Shown in pieces: positions 36,220-45,252 of a stretch of 64,000 nucleotides of DNA. Both the position numbers and the translations under genes were made by a program. The notes beneath the pieces were generated by a model, which made no database searches, had not been told where the DNA came from, and saw only the letters and a list, made by a program, of their open reading frames with translations. The stretch comes from Chlamydiae bacterium RIFCSPLOWO2_12_FULL_49_12 (lineage in GTDB: Bacteria > Chlamydiota > Chlamydiia > Chlamydiales > Rhabdochlamydiaceae), in contig MGME01000004.1 in NCBI GenBank assembly GCA_001796315.1, positions 3,795 to 67,794 of the forward strand, given 5' to 3'. Position 1 is the stretch's first letter. Every line of letters begins with the position of its first letter.

Positions 36220-36432
36220 ATGAATAAGAAAAGGTGGTTACACCTGTTAGTTGCGCTGTTTGCTCTTAATCTCACCTCAGTTGTTGCGGCAGATTACAAA
36301 GATGCGGAGACAGAAGAGGTAGAAGAGTCCGCTACCGAAACGCCTGCCGATGACTCGGCGGATGTTCAAGAAGACGAGGGAGCTGCTTCCACTCAAGAAG
36401 ATCAAGATGCTGACGACGACAGTTCTCAGTAA
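36220..36432 (+). CDS. Small secreted, highly acidic protein (70 aa)
   Basis: AGGGAG lies 7 nt upstream of ATG 36220. Signal peptide MNKKRWLHLLVALFALNLTSVVA is followed by an Asp/Glu-rich tail. Confidence 0.5.
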   Translation: MNKKRWLHLLVALFALNLTSVVAADYKDAETEEVEESATETPADDSADVQEDEGAASTQEDQDADDDSSQ

Positions 36433-36511
36433 GTAGTGAAGGGGTTTTAAAACTCCTCTTCTTTTTCTTTTAAGAGGGGGAGTTTTCCTTTTAGACAGTG
36501 TTTACTTTGTC

Positions 36512-36676
36512 TATACACAAGTTGATTCAAGAAGGGGTTTTGGGCCAGCGCGAAAGCTCCCGCGGTTGGCCTATCGTAAGTGGGTCAATATTAAACTAAT
36601 ATGGACCCATTTACTATAGGCCAACCCCGGGGCTTTGGCGCGGCCCAAAACCGATTCTTGAGTCAACTTGTGTATA
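36512..36676. repeat. Palindromic element, family A, copy A3 (165 bp)
   Basis: TATACACAAGTTGATTCAAGAAGGGG ... CCGATTCTTGAGTCAACTTGTGTATA. The apex is identical to A1. It overlaps the stop of the TagF-like gene. Confidence 0.92.
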
Positions 36677-37718
36677 AAAGTTCTTGTTTGATGTCTGATA
36701 TGTCTCTATCTTTTCCAAACGTATAGCTGTACATCTTCTCTCTAGCAGAAGAATAAGTTTGCTGGTTTTCTTCAATGTGCTTTTCGATAAAGGGAAAGAT
36801 CCCCTTTCCAAAAGGGATAGTCATGCCGCACTGGCGGATGGTGGGAGCGGATCGCATCAGTCCCTTGTTGTGAGATTCCACAAAAAAGAGAGGACGATTG
36901 AAAGCTAAAAAATCGTATCCGACCGAAGAGTAGTCCCCCAGATAACAGGCGCACCGCGCCAACAGAGGATAGATTGGAGGAAAGTTCTCTACAAAGAGAA
37001 CTCCCTCATGTTGGGAGTATTTTCCGATCATGCGATAGGTCTGTGCAGGAAATTCCTCAAAGAGATCAGGATGGAGTTTCACAATGAGATTGTAGTTCTT
37101 GGGGAGCTCTTCGATGAGAATTCCACAGGAATCAAAGAAGGAAGTGGGCCCTTCGTGCGAATCGCGCGTGGGAGCATAGAGAATGGTCTTTTTTTTGTTT
37201 TTGAAACGAGAAAAGATAAGGCGTTCTGTAAGCTGATCGTAAAATGCGCGCCTTTTTTTGTAGTAATTCAATCGGTAATTGCCGGTCCGAATCATGGAGC
37301 GGATCTTTATTAAAGAGCCCCTCTCCTCTAAAAGATCGCGCATATGCTGGCCATAATAGAGATGGATATCGCTCGGGGGGAAGCGATCGTATTTGCTTAT
37401 AGAGTGTCCTTTATCCGAATTCCCATGGGGGCAGTAGACGATGCGAGTGCTCTTATTGTAAATCTCTTTGGCGCAGACGTATGTTTCATATGCCCAGATG
37501 TTGCAGGTAAAGAAGAGAAAATCGAAAGCGTCCAGCTTCTCGAAAGAGCTAACCTCTGCCATCGTTCTTTTTTCAATGCTCAAGTGAGGATAAAAGAGAT
37601 GCGCGGCTTCAACTAGGCTCTCTTCTGTAAGGATTAAGGGAATGCCTAAAAGTTCGCATAGAATTCCTATGTGGTCGAGATGGGTGGGCTTGTAGAGAGC
37701 GAAACCGGCCGCTTTCAT
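36663..37718 (-). CDS. CDP-glycerol glycerophosphotransferase (TagB/TagF)-like protein, paralog 2
   Basis: ILYAPTRDS...LIVKLHPDL...YLGDYSSVGYDFLAFNRPLFFV matches the Glyphos_transf pattern (YAPT, K.HP, DYSSv.fDf, P.iff). 4-nt overlap with paralog 1. Confidence 0.7.
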   Translation of the reverse strand: MKAAGFALYKPTHLDHIGILCELLGIPLILTEESLVEAAHLFYPHLSIEKRTMAEVSSFEKLDAFDFLFFTCNIWAYETYVCAKEIYNKSTRIVYCPHGNSDKGHSISKYDRFPPSDIHLYYGQHMRDLLEERGSLIKIRSMIRTGNYRLNYYKKRRAFYDQLTERLIFSRFKNKKKTILYAPTRDSHEGPTSFFDSCGILIEELPKNYNLIVKLHPDLFEEFPAQTYRMIGKYSQHEGVLFVENFPPIYPLLARCACYLGDYSSVGYDFLAFNRPLFFVESHNKGLMRSAPTIRQCGMTIPFGKGIFPFIEKHIEENQQTYSSAREKMYSYTFGKDRDISDIKQELLYTS

Positions 37719-38800
37719 AAGGAATTAATAAGCTTTAGGATGGCTTCTTTCAGCACTGCTTCCTCGCTGCTTTTTGTAAAAGTATAGTCATATACCTCTT
37801 TCCTCACTGCTGAAAACTGCGCTTTGTCAAAGGGGAGATGGGAGCGGATGAGAGAATAGAAAGAAGGGTTTTCTGAGGATGAGAGAGAGAGTCCGCACCG
37901 ATGAAGGTAGAGGGCCGGGCCGGATGCTTCCTCTTTTCCATGAGGATTGAAAAAGAACATCGGCTTGTTTAGCGTCAGGAAATCGTAGCCGACAGAGGAC
38001 ATGTCGCCGATGTAGAGATCGACAAAATCAAGCAAGGGATAGATAGGAGTAAAGTCTTTTACAATCAGGAGGTTTGGTTTCTTTTCCCACTTTTCGAGGA
38101 ACACATCGAGGTCCACTTCATGCTGGATTAAGATATTGGGGTGGATTTTGATGATGAGATTGGCGTCCTTTGGCAGCTGCTGGATCAGATGGGGCGCTGC
38201 GTCAAAAAAGGAGCTGTTCTTTTCTTCATCCTCCCAAGTGGGAGCATACAGCAGAGTTTGAGGAAGAACAGGGAGTTTTTTGACCACCTCTTCTTGAAGA
38301 AGAGCAGTATAGTGTTCTTTATGCTTGAGGTAGTGAGCGTGTCGGAAGTTTCCGATGGGAAGAGCGGCTTGAAGTTGGGAATAGACTCCTTTTTGAATGA
38401 GGAAGTCGATGATCTTTTGTCCATAGACCAGTGCGGCCCTCTCTTCGTTTAGCCCTTCCATAAAATAAGTGCGCTGTCCTTTGTCGGAATTTCCATGAGG
38501 GCACCAGACGGTTGCCACTCTCTTTTGATGCACATGCTGCGCAAAGGAAAAGATGGAATCGACAAAGGAGCGCGTGAGAGAACAAAAAAGGAGATCGAAA
38601 CGAGAAAGCACCTGATCTCCAAGCTCCGGGTAGCCCCAATAAACCGTTTCAATAAAAGGATAATATTTCTTGGCGCTCTCAAGAAGGTCTATCTCTGTGA
38701 CTATGAGAGGGATGGAGAGAAGTTCGCATAGAGGCGCAATGTGGTCGAGATGATGTGCCATCCGGCCATACACAAGAGCGGCCATCTTTTTTTCTGACAT
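37715..38800 (-). CDS. CDP-glycerol glycerophosphotransferase (TagB/TagF)-like protein, paralog 1
   Basis: LLYAPTWEDE...LIIKIHPNI...YIGDMSSVGYDFLTLNKPMFFF. Collinear similarity to the downstream paralog, including HLDHI.PLCELL.IPLI.TE at the N-terminus. Confidence 0.7.
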   Translation of the reverse strand: MSEKKMAALVYGRMAHHLDHIAPLCELLSIPLIVTEIDLLESAKKYYPFIETVYWGYPELGDQVLSRFDLLFCSLTRSFVDSIFSFAQHVHQKRVATVWCPHGNSDKGQRTYFMEGLNEERAALVYGQKIIDFLIQKGVYSQLQAALPIGNFRHAHYLKHKEHYTALLQEEVVKKLPVLPQTLLYAPTWEDEEKNSSFFDAAPHLIQQLPKDANLIIKIHPNILIQHEVDLDVFLEKWEKKPNLLIVKDFTPIYPLLDFVDLYIGDMSSVGYDFLTLNKPMFFFNPHGKEEASGPALYLHRCGLSLSSSENPSFYSLIRSHLPFDKAQFSAVRKEVYDYTFTKSSEEAVLKEAILKLINSL

Positions 38801-38809
38801 GACGGCATA

Positions 38810-39271
38810 TTAAGGCTCATTAGGATATGTCGCAACGGCACTCTTTTTTTTCCTTTGGGCGCTTTGGGTTTTTGGGAGGATTTTGCCTTCTCGAGAGAGA
38901 TAGGAGTTGCGCATTTTCTGGTCGTGCAGTTTATATAAAAGAGTGCGTTTCTGCTCTCTTAAGGAGAGGATTTCCGAACTGTTTTCATCCTCATCTGGAA
39001 GAAGGAAGCACAGCTCGAGCTTTTTTCCTTTGCTCTGTACCTTTAAGCTCTTTTTGAGTCCCGTGGTGACAAGGAGCCGCTCTTTGCGTGTCGTTTCCAA
39101 TGCTTTGCGCAACTCTGAGCGGTCTTGGAGGATTTGGCGGATCCCTTGTGCGGCCCCTTGATTCAAAAAGAACTCTTCCTGAAACAAATTGGAGAGAAGC
39201 TCGCGTAAAATTGCAAGTTCCTTTTGCATGGCTACACGCAGCTCGTCATGTGCTAAACTCCATTTCATCAC
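38810..39271 (-). CDS. Hypothetical coiled-coil protein (153 aa), first gene of the TagF-like operon
   Basis: ATG ORF ending 10 nt upstream of the TagF-like gene start. Helical and charged composition with a basic tail. No family recognised. Confidence 0.45.
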   Translation of the reverse strand: MMKWSLAHDELRVAMQKELAILRELLSNLFQEEFFLNQGAAQGIRQILQDRSELRKALETTRKERLLVTTGLKKSLKVQSKGKKLELCFLLPDEDENSSEILSLREQKRTLLYKLHDQKMRNSYLSREGKILPKTQSAQRKKKSAVATYPNEP

Positions 39272-39366
39272 TTCTCCCTAGCGGCAGTTGATGGGACACA
39301 AGAGGAAGCAAAGGGCATGCCAGTCGTGGTTGATAAAAACGAAGAGATGGGATTCAATGCCTCTTT

Positions 39367-40440
39367 ATGATCGATATCGAAGCCCTAAATTACTGGTTTG
39401 AAAAGGAAAAGAGAGATCTTCCTTGGCGGAAAGAACGCTCGTTTTATCGGGTATGGGTCTCTGAGGTGATGCTGCAGCAGACGCAAGCAGCTGTCGTTGT
39501 TCCCTATTTTGAGCGGTGGATGAAAAAATTTCCCAGTATCGAGGCATTAGCTTCCGCTGCAGAAGAGGAAGTGATCAAGGCTTGGGAAGGTCTTGGATAC
39601 TATGCCCGCGCCCGCCATCTCCATGCAGGGGCGAAATTCCTTCTAGGAAAGAGAGCGGACAGAGAGGTGCTTCTCAAAATTAAAGGGGTGGGCCCTTATA
39701 CTCTAAATAGCATTCGTGCGTTTGCCTTTCAGGAAAGGGCTGCGGCTGTCGATGGGAATGTCGCGCGGGTTCTCTCCCGGCTCTTTTTGATCGATGACCC
39801 CGTCGACCGCATCCGCACAAAAAAAAGACTCGAGGAACTGCTTCTTCAGCTTTTACCGCTTTCTATGCCCTCGCTAACTCTTGAGGCGTTCATCGAGCTG
39901 GGGGCTTTGGTTTGCCAAAGAATCCCTCTTTGCTTTTGCTGTCCTCTGAAACAGGGATGCAGGGGATATGCTAGCGGGCTTGCCGCCTCCCTTCCTAAAA
40001 AAAAACAGAAGACAAACTATCTTTTTAAAGAGCGCCGGGTGACGGTCATTTTTTGCGGAAAGAGAGTTCTCTTGCGGCGAAACTGGCCGAAACAGGTGAT
40101 GGCGGGTCTCTATGAATTTCCCTATTTTGAGGAAGGGGATCTCAAGGGCCATTTTGACAAGTTGGGGGTTCAAGCGGTCTTGACTCACACGCTCTCTCCC
40201 GTCAAGCAGACCTTTACGCGTTATCGCGTTCTTCTCTTTCCTTCTCTATTCCTTGCACGGCAGCCAAAAGAGAGCAAAGAGCACGAATGGAAGGAGTATG
40301 CGGCGCTTCCCTTCCTCCCTTTTTCATCGGGCCATCGCAAAATTCTACAAGCCCTTGACGCCATCAAGCCTTTCTGCTCTTTAGTCGGCTTTGTACATTT
40401 TTTGAGGCCGCCTTTCGGGAGAGCAGCTCCCTGGTTGTAA
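39367..40440 (+). CDS. mutY: A/G-specific adenine DNA glycosylase
   Basis: LPWRKERSFYRVWVSEVMLQQTQAAVVVPYFERWMKKFP, the HhH-GPD segment KGVGPYT, the Fe-S Cys cluster C..C..CPLKQGC and a NUDIX-like C-terminal domain. The last 18 codons lie in repeat G1. Confidence 0.9.
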   Translation: MIDIEALNYWFEKEKRDLPWRKERSFYRVWVSEVMLQQTQAAVVVPYFERWMKKFPSIEALASAAEEEVIKAWEGLGYYARARHLHAGAKFLLGKRADREVLLKIKGVGPYTLNSIRAFAFQERAAAVDGNVARVLSRLFLIDDPVDRIRTKKRLEELLLQLLPLSMPSLTLEAFIELGALVCQRIPLCFCCPLKQGCRGYASGLAASLPKKKQKTNYLFKERRVTVIFCGKRVLLRRNWPKQVMAGLYEFPYFEEGDLKGHFDKLGVQAVLTHTLSPVKQTFTRYRVLLFPSLFLARQPKESKEHEWKEYAALPFLPFSSGHRKILQALDAIKPFCSLVGFVHFLRPPFGRAAPWL

Positions 40441-40543
40441 TGAATTTCTCAGGAAGGGTTGATTTAACCCTTCCTTCAAAATTCATTACAACCAGGGAGC
40501 CGCCTCCTCGAAATCCGGCTATCAAAAAATGTACAAAGCCGAC
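40384..40543. repeat. Palindromic element, family G, copy G1 (160 bp hairpin)
   Basis: GTCGGCTTTGTACATTTTTTGAGGCCGCC...CCCTGGTTGTAATGAATTT / AAATTCATTACAACCAGGG...TCAAAAAATGTACAAAGCCGAC with apex GGAAGGGTTGATTTAACCCTTCC. Confidence 0.9.
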
Positions 40544-40592
40544 CTTTAGAATCTGCTATTCAAAAAGAGGCAAAGTCGAGATCATAGAGCGC

Positions 40593-41699
40593 ATGCGTAT
40601 TTTGCATACGGAAAGCTCTTCAGGCTGGGGTGGTCAGGAGATCCGCATTTTGACGGAGGCGGAAGGGATGCGCATGCGCGGCCATGAGATAGTCTTTGCT
40701 GTCTCACAAGGAGGAGGTCTTGCTCTTCAGGCAAGGAAAAAGGGCTTTATTGTCTATGAAGTGAGTTTTAAAAAAAGAGCCTTATTCAAGACGCTTCTTT
40801 TGCTGCTTCAACTGATGCGCCGTCATGAGATCCAGCTTGTCAATACCCATTCTTCGTGCGACGCCTGGATGGGAGGATGCGCCGCGCTTTTGATGCGAAA
40901 GAAGATCATTCGGACGCGGCATCTTTCGACGAGCATTCGAAAAGGACTCAACAGCCTTCTCTTGTATCGGCTTCTTGCGGATTATGTAGTGACCACCTCC
41001 TCATGCGTTATTCCCATGATCTGTAAGCAGGCGAAAAGAAAGCCGGAGCATTGCGTCTGTATTCCCACGGGAATTGACCCTTTGCTCGTGAAAGCCAACG
41101 AAGAAGAGGTCTTGCGTTTTCGCGCCTCCTTGGGAGTAATGGATGAGGATTTTCTTGTAGGAACGGCCTGTTTTGTGCGCTCCTGGAAAGGGATTTTTGA
41201 TTTTTTGAAAGCAGCCCACTCGCTGAGAGAGGAAAAGCATCTCAAGTGGATCATTGTGGGAGGTGGTTATCTCCGAGAATATCAAAGAGTTGCAGAGGAA
41301 ATGGGTCTAGGTTCCGCTGTTATTTTTACCGGCCATCTCGACGCTCCCTACGCAGCCCTTGCGGCTATGGATCTCTTTGCATTGCTGAGTACCGCCAATG
41401 AAGGGATCTCCCAAGCCGCTCTGCAAGCCGCCTACTTGAAGCGGCCCCTTATTACCACTCCCATCGGCGGATTGCCGGAAGTATGCAAAGATCAACAGAC
41501 GGGAATGATCATTCCTCCCCGGGCGCCAAAAGAGTTTGCCAAGGCCGTTCTTTTGCTCAAAAATAATTCTCTTCTTCGCGAAGAAATGGGACGAAAAGGG
41601 CGAAAGCTGGTTGAAGAGAGGTTCATGCGCAAGCAGATGCTGGATAATCTGGAGGAAGTCTATGCAAAACTATACCATGTCGAGTTAAAGGGGAAATGA
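40593..41699 (+). CDS. GT4-family glycosyltransferase
   Basis: MRILHTESSSGWGGQEIRIL is a GT-B N-terminus and the C-terminal half contains EGISQAALQAAYLKRPLITTPIGGLPE (EX7E-like region). The ORF-track start at 40440 lies inside repeat G1 and was dropped. Confidence 0.75.
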   Translation: MRILHTESSSGWGGQEIRILTEAEGMRMRGHEIVFAVSQGGGLALQARKKGFIVYEVSFKKRALFKTLLLLLQLMRRHEIQLVNTHSSCDAWMGGCAALLMRKKIIRTRHLSTSIRKGLNSLLLYRLLADYVVTTSSCVIPMICKQAKRKPEHCVCIPTGIDPLLVKANEEEVLRFRASLGVMDEDFLVGTACFVRSWKGIFDFLKAAHSLREEKHLKWIIVGGGYLREYQRVAEEMGLGSAVIFTGHLDAPYAALAAMDLFALLSTANEGISQAALQAAYLKRPLITTPIGGLPEVCKDQQTGMIIPPRAPKEFAKAVLLLKNNSLLREEMGRKGRKLVEERFMRKQMLDNLEEVYAKLYHVELKGK

Positions 41700-42346
41700 G
41701 CATGTTTAAGGAGATCAAACGCTCTTTCAAGAGAGCTTTTTCTGTTCTATGCGTGGCGCTTGCAACGGTTGTCCTAAGCTATCAGTTGATGCAAAAGAAA
41801 AAATCGTGCGTTGAAAAGAAGTATCATAGGGCCCATCTCCTCTTGGAAAAATGGAAGAAAGGAGATGAAAAGGGGTTTGATAAACTTACAGCTATGTTGA
41901 AAAAGCAGCCCTCTTTCCATGAGACTTTTGATGCGCTCATTGTGGAGCATTTCATGGATCTAAAGAGAGCGCAGGATGCCAGGAAATTCCTGCATTCCTC
42001 TCTGGAAAAGAGAGAGCTTCCCCTGCATCGGCAATTTTCCAGCACGTCTCTTCTCATTTCTGAAGGAGAGCTCCTCCTGGCTTTGGCAGAGGCAAAGGCT
42101 CTTCAGGCCGAGTTGCTACAGACTGCGAACCCTAAACAGGAAGTGCTCAGTGCTTTTAACCTTTGGAGAATTGCCCTGTTGGAAAAGCAGGCAGGAACCC
42201 CAAAGGGCGAACAGGAAGCCTTGAATGCTTTAGAAGCGCTTGGTGAAAAAGAACGCCTGCTGCTCCAAGAGCTCTTTCAGATAAACCGCCTCTCTCTGTT
42301 TGATTACGTCAAACATCGCAAGGCAGCCCTTGCTTCGGTTTTGTGA
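41696..42346 (+). CDS. Hypothetical membrane-anchored helical protein
   Basis: 4-nt overlap with the GT4 gene. It has an N-terminal TM (AFSVLCVALATVVLSYQL) and a helical remainder. No family recognised. Confidence 0.5.
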   Translation: MSMFKEIKRSFKRAFSVLCVALATVVLSYQLMQKKKSCVEKKYHRAHLLLEKWKKGDEKGFDKLTAMLKKQPSFHETFDALIVEHFMDLKRAQDARKFLHSSLEKRELPLHRQFSSTSLLISEGELLLALAEAKALQAELLQTANPKQEVLSAFNLWRIALLEKQAGTPKGEQEALNALEALGEKERLLLQELFQINRLSLFDYVKHRKAALASVL

Positions 42347-42355
42347 CTTTTTGGA

Positions 42356-42520
42356 TATACACAAGTTGATTCAAGAATCGGTTTTGGGCCGCGCCAAAGC
42401 CCCGGGGTTGGTCTATCGTAACTGGGTCCATATTAGTTTAATATTGACCCAGTTACGATAGGCCAACCGCGGGAGCTTTCGCGCTGGCCCAAAACCGATT
42501 CTTGAATCAACTTGTGTATA
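42356..42520. repeat. Palindromic element, family A, copy A4 (inverted orientation)
   Basis: TATACACAAGTTGATTCAAGAATCGG ... CCGATTCTTGAATCAACTTGTGTATA. The asymmetric internal arms are in the opposite order to A1-A3. Confidence 0.92.
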
Positions 42521-42538
42521 GCGCCTTCTTCGAGCGAT

Positions 42539-42910
42539 TTAGGATAAAGCGCCGCTTTCTTTAAGCTTCATTCCGCCGAAGAGTCCCAGGATCAAAAAAA
42601 TCAAAAATGGTAAAAAGACGGCTAATATCCAAAAAACGATCCCTAGGATGAGTTGTATCCCGATCTCCTGCTTGCGGAGGAAAGTAAAGCTTTTATTGAA
42701 CACGGCTTCCACATAGGGACGCAATAATAGTCCGACAATACCGCCAATTGCGGTCAGGATCACTCCCCAGCCTGTGCCAAAAAAGACGAAACTAAAAAAA
42801 GTAGCTAAAACGAAAGCGATTAAAAACATCACTTCCAAACGGTGTTTTTTTGCATAAGCTTCGATCTCTTTCACGGAAACCCCTTCTGTTTTCTTTTTCT
42901 CTTCTTCCAT
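42539..42910 (-). CDS. Small integral membrane protein (about 123 aa)
   Basis: Charged N-terminus MEEEKKKTEG followed by 3-4 TM helices. ATG at 42910. Confidence 0.55.
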   Translation of the reverse strand: MEEEKKKTEGVSVKEIEAYAKKHRLEVMFLIAFVLATFFSFVFFGTGWGVILTAIGGIVGLLLRPYVEAVFNKSFTFLRKQEIGIQLILGIVFWILAVFLPFLIFLILGLFGGMKLKESGALS

Positions 42911-43000
42911 ACGATCTCCTCTAACCCCCATCTGTTGCTATATCATTATTAAAAACTTGATTTGCCTTTTTATGCAAGAAGAAGGAAAGAGCTCGATCAG

Positions 43001-43045
43001 CTTTGTACCATTCGCGAGGAGGCGGCTGTCGCAAATTGTACAAAG
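43001..43045. repeat. Short hairpin element F2 (related to F1 and the G arm)
   Basis: CTTTGTACCATTCGCGAGGAGGCGGCTGTCGCAAATTGTACAAAG shares GGCTGTCGCAAATTG.ACAA with F1. Confidence 0.6.
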
Positions 43046-43165
43046 TCGGGGTTGCAATTTTTATCGGGGGTGATACAATGGGGTGCTTTCCCGGGATTCA
43101 GAGGGTGACCTTTGCTTGTAGAAACTTTTTCCTTTTTTAGGAGCGAGCGTTTTTGGCGTTTCGCG

Positions 43166-44374
43166 ATGAATATTCTTTTTTTTCTGGGGTTTATGGGAGG
43201 CGTCTTTTTGGGAGCTCTTCTCATCTTCCCCTCTTCTTCCGGGACGCAGGGCTTTCTTGAAAGTCCCTCAGCATTAGGAGGCCAGGACCAAAAGGGAGTC
43301 TCTTATGACGCAGCCCTCACTGGGGCCTTTTCTCTAAAAGGGGGATCTTCATTATTCATTCCCTTAATTCTTAGTGAATTAGAGCTTCTTGGCGTCAATA
43401 CGCGCCCGGCAAGCGAGGAGAAGAGCAAGCTGCTTGTCAGGCTCAAGAGCACCGGCGAAGAATTTCGGAGTTCTTTAGGAAGTCCTTTTTTTTTGAAGGT
43501 GGAGGAACGCGGCGATGGCCGGTATGCCTTGGAAGGTTTTTCTAATGAACGGACGGCGCTCGCGGTAACGCCCCTCTCATATTCCGAAAATGAGGCGCGC
43601 TTAGAGGTCAACCTCTTTTTGGCAAAAGAGGAGAAAAAGCCCTTAGAAGAGACAAAAGAGATTGTGATCGGACGGCTCGAGAGTTCCTTGCAGAGCTCCC
43701 CCTGCTTTAGCGCCCTAAAAGAGTCGAAGTGGTGGGGTGAGGATGTCTTGCTGCGCCAGTATGGAGGAGAGGCATACGGCGATCAGAAGACGCGCCAAAA
43801 GCTAGAAATAGGGAGCCATCCCGACTCAACCATCTGTTTTGTGACAGTAGGAGATTGCCTCCTCTTTGAGGAGAAGGGGTGGAAAGAGGCGGGCCCTGAT
43901 GCGGTTGTAGAAAAGAAACCCCTTGCCCAAGTCACTGCCCTTTCTCCGAAAGGGCTCGAACTGACTCTCTGGGATGATGTGGGATTTTATTCTGAAACAA
44001 TAAAGCTCGTCCTTCAGCCGCCTCCCAGGCAGCCTTTAAATCTCGAGGCTCTTCCGACAGCCATACGAATGAGAAGCGAAACGGAGGTCTCCTGTCTTTT
44101 CGGCAAAAGAAGGCTCATCCTAAAAGAGGGCGACTGGGTGCTTCGCACGGCCCATCTCTTCCGTCCTCTAAGGCGAAAGAGCGAACTGGAGGACTATCTT
44201 GCCCATCGCCTTCGAGGAGAGCTTTTCATCTTTGACAAACTGGAAAAGGAGCAAGGAAAGAGCATTCTCCAAGGGCATTATTTTGATGAGATGCGCACCC
44301 AGATGCAAAAAGTTAGCATTCCCGTCGCCGAGCGGCGCGTGCCCAAAAGCAAGAGAAACCATCACGTCAGGTAA
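43166..44374 (+). CDS. Hypothetical N-terminally anchored protein (about 402 aa)
   Basis: ATG 43166 is followed by a TM/signal segment, MNILFFLGFMGGVFLGALLIF. The soluble remainder matches no recognisable motif. Confidence 0.5.
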   Translation: MNILFFLGFMGGVFLGALLIFPSSSGTQGFLESPSALGGQDQKGVSYDAALTGAFSLKGGSSLFIPLILSELELLGVNTRPASEEKSKLLVRLKSTGEEFRSSLGSPFFLKVEERGDGRYALEGFSNERTALAVTPLSYSENEARLEVNLFLAKEEKKPLEETKEIVIGRLESSLQSSPCFSALKESKWWGEDVLLRQYGGEAYGDQKTRQKLEIGSHPDSTICFVTVGDCLLFEEKGWKEAGPDAVVEKKPLAQVTALSPKGLELTLWDDVGFYSETIKLVLQPPPRQPLNLEALPTAIRMRSETEVSCLFGKRRLILKEGDWVLRTAHLFRPLRRKSELEDYLAHRLRGELFIFDKLEKEQGKSILQGHYFDEMRTQMQKVSIPVAERRVPKSKRNHHVR

Positions 44375-45252
44375 GGTCTTTTCCAGCAAAGAGCCTTCAG
44401 AGAATTTTTAATTCCCCACCGGGGAATTCTTAAAACAAAACCCAAGGCAAACATTGGAGAGAGCCAGAGGAGATGAAGGGGGGAATACCATTTGCTCACA
44501 TAGATTTTTATCCCTTTGAGCATCCTCAGATAGCTCCATGGGGGAGAGTACTGGCGCATACTCCAACTGCAATAGTCAATGCAGGTTACGTGCGGATGGT
44601 ACAGAATTTTGTACCCGAGTCTTTGCACCTCTTTGCAGAGATCGACATCTTCGTACAAGAGAAAATAGCGAGGGTCAAAAGCAAAACCTAGGGTTTCCAT
44701 GACTTCTCTTCGCATGCACATGAAAGATCCTCGAATCGCCTCAACCTCCTGCTCGGAAGTGTCCGAAAAGCAGAAGTACCACTTGCTTGGATGCATGGGA
44801 TAAAAGGGCCTAAGCCTTAAAGAGACAACAAGATAAGAGAAAAGTGAAGGAAGTTTTACGGGAAAGAGCCACGGCTGCGGCGCAAGCCATGGTGTAACCA
44901 GCTTGCATCCGAGCAGTCCAACATCCGGTCTTTGATCCATCACTTCGATCAGGTTATCGAGATAGCCTTTTTGAATGTTCATGTCGGGATTTAAAAAAAG
45001 AAGGTAGCGCCCCTTGGCCTCTTTGACAGCCTGGTTATTCGCTGCGGAAAAGCCCAGGTTTTGGGAATTTTTGATCAAACGAATGGAGTTAAGGTAAGCT
45101 TTTTCAAGAAACTCAGGAGTGCCGTCTGTCGATCCGTTGTCGATAATGATGTGCTCATAGGTGCAGTTCAAAGTGCTTGCAATCACTGAGGTGATGCACA
45201 GATCGATTGTTCGGATAGACTGATGGGTGACGGTGATGATGCTTAAATCCAT
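44362..45252 (-). CDS. GT2-family glycosyltransferase, paralog 2
   Basis: MDLSIITVTHQS...EHIIIDNGSTDGT...GFSAANNQAVKEAKGRYLLFLNPD is GT-A/GT2. The C-terminal hydrophobic segment resembles its neighbour. Confidence 0.8.
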   Translation of the reverse strand: MDLSIITVTHQSIRTIDLCITSVIASTLNCTYEHIIIDNGSTDGTPEFLEKAYLNSIRLIKNSQNLGFSAANNQAVKEAKGRYLLFLNPDMNIQKGYLDNLIEVMDQRPDVGLLGCKLVTPWLAPQPWLFPVKLPSLFSYLVVSLRLRPFYPMHPSKWYFCFSDTSEQEVEAIRGSFMCMRREVMETLGFAFDPRYFLLYEDVDLCKEVQRLGYKILYHPHVTCIDYCSWSMRQYSPPWSYLRMLKGIKIYVSKWYSPLHLLWLSPMFALGFVLRIPRWGIKNSLKALCWKRPYLT

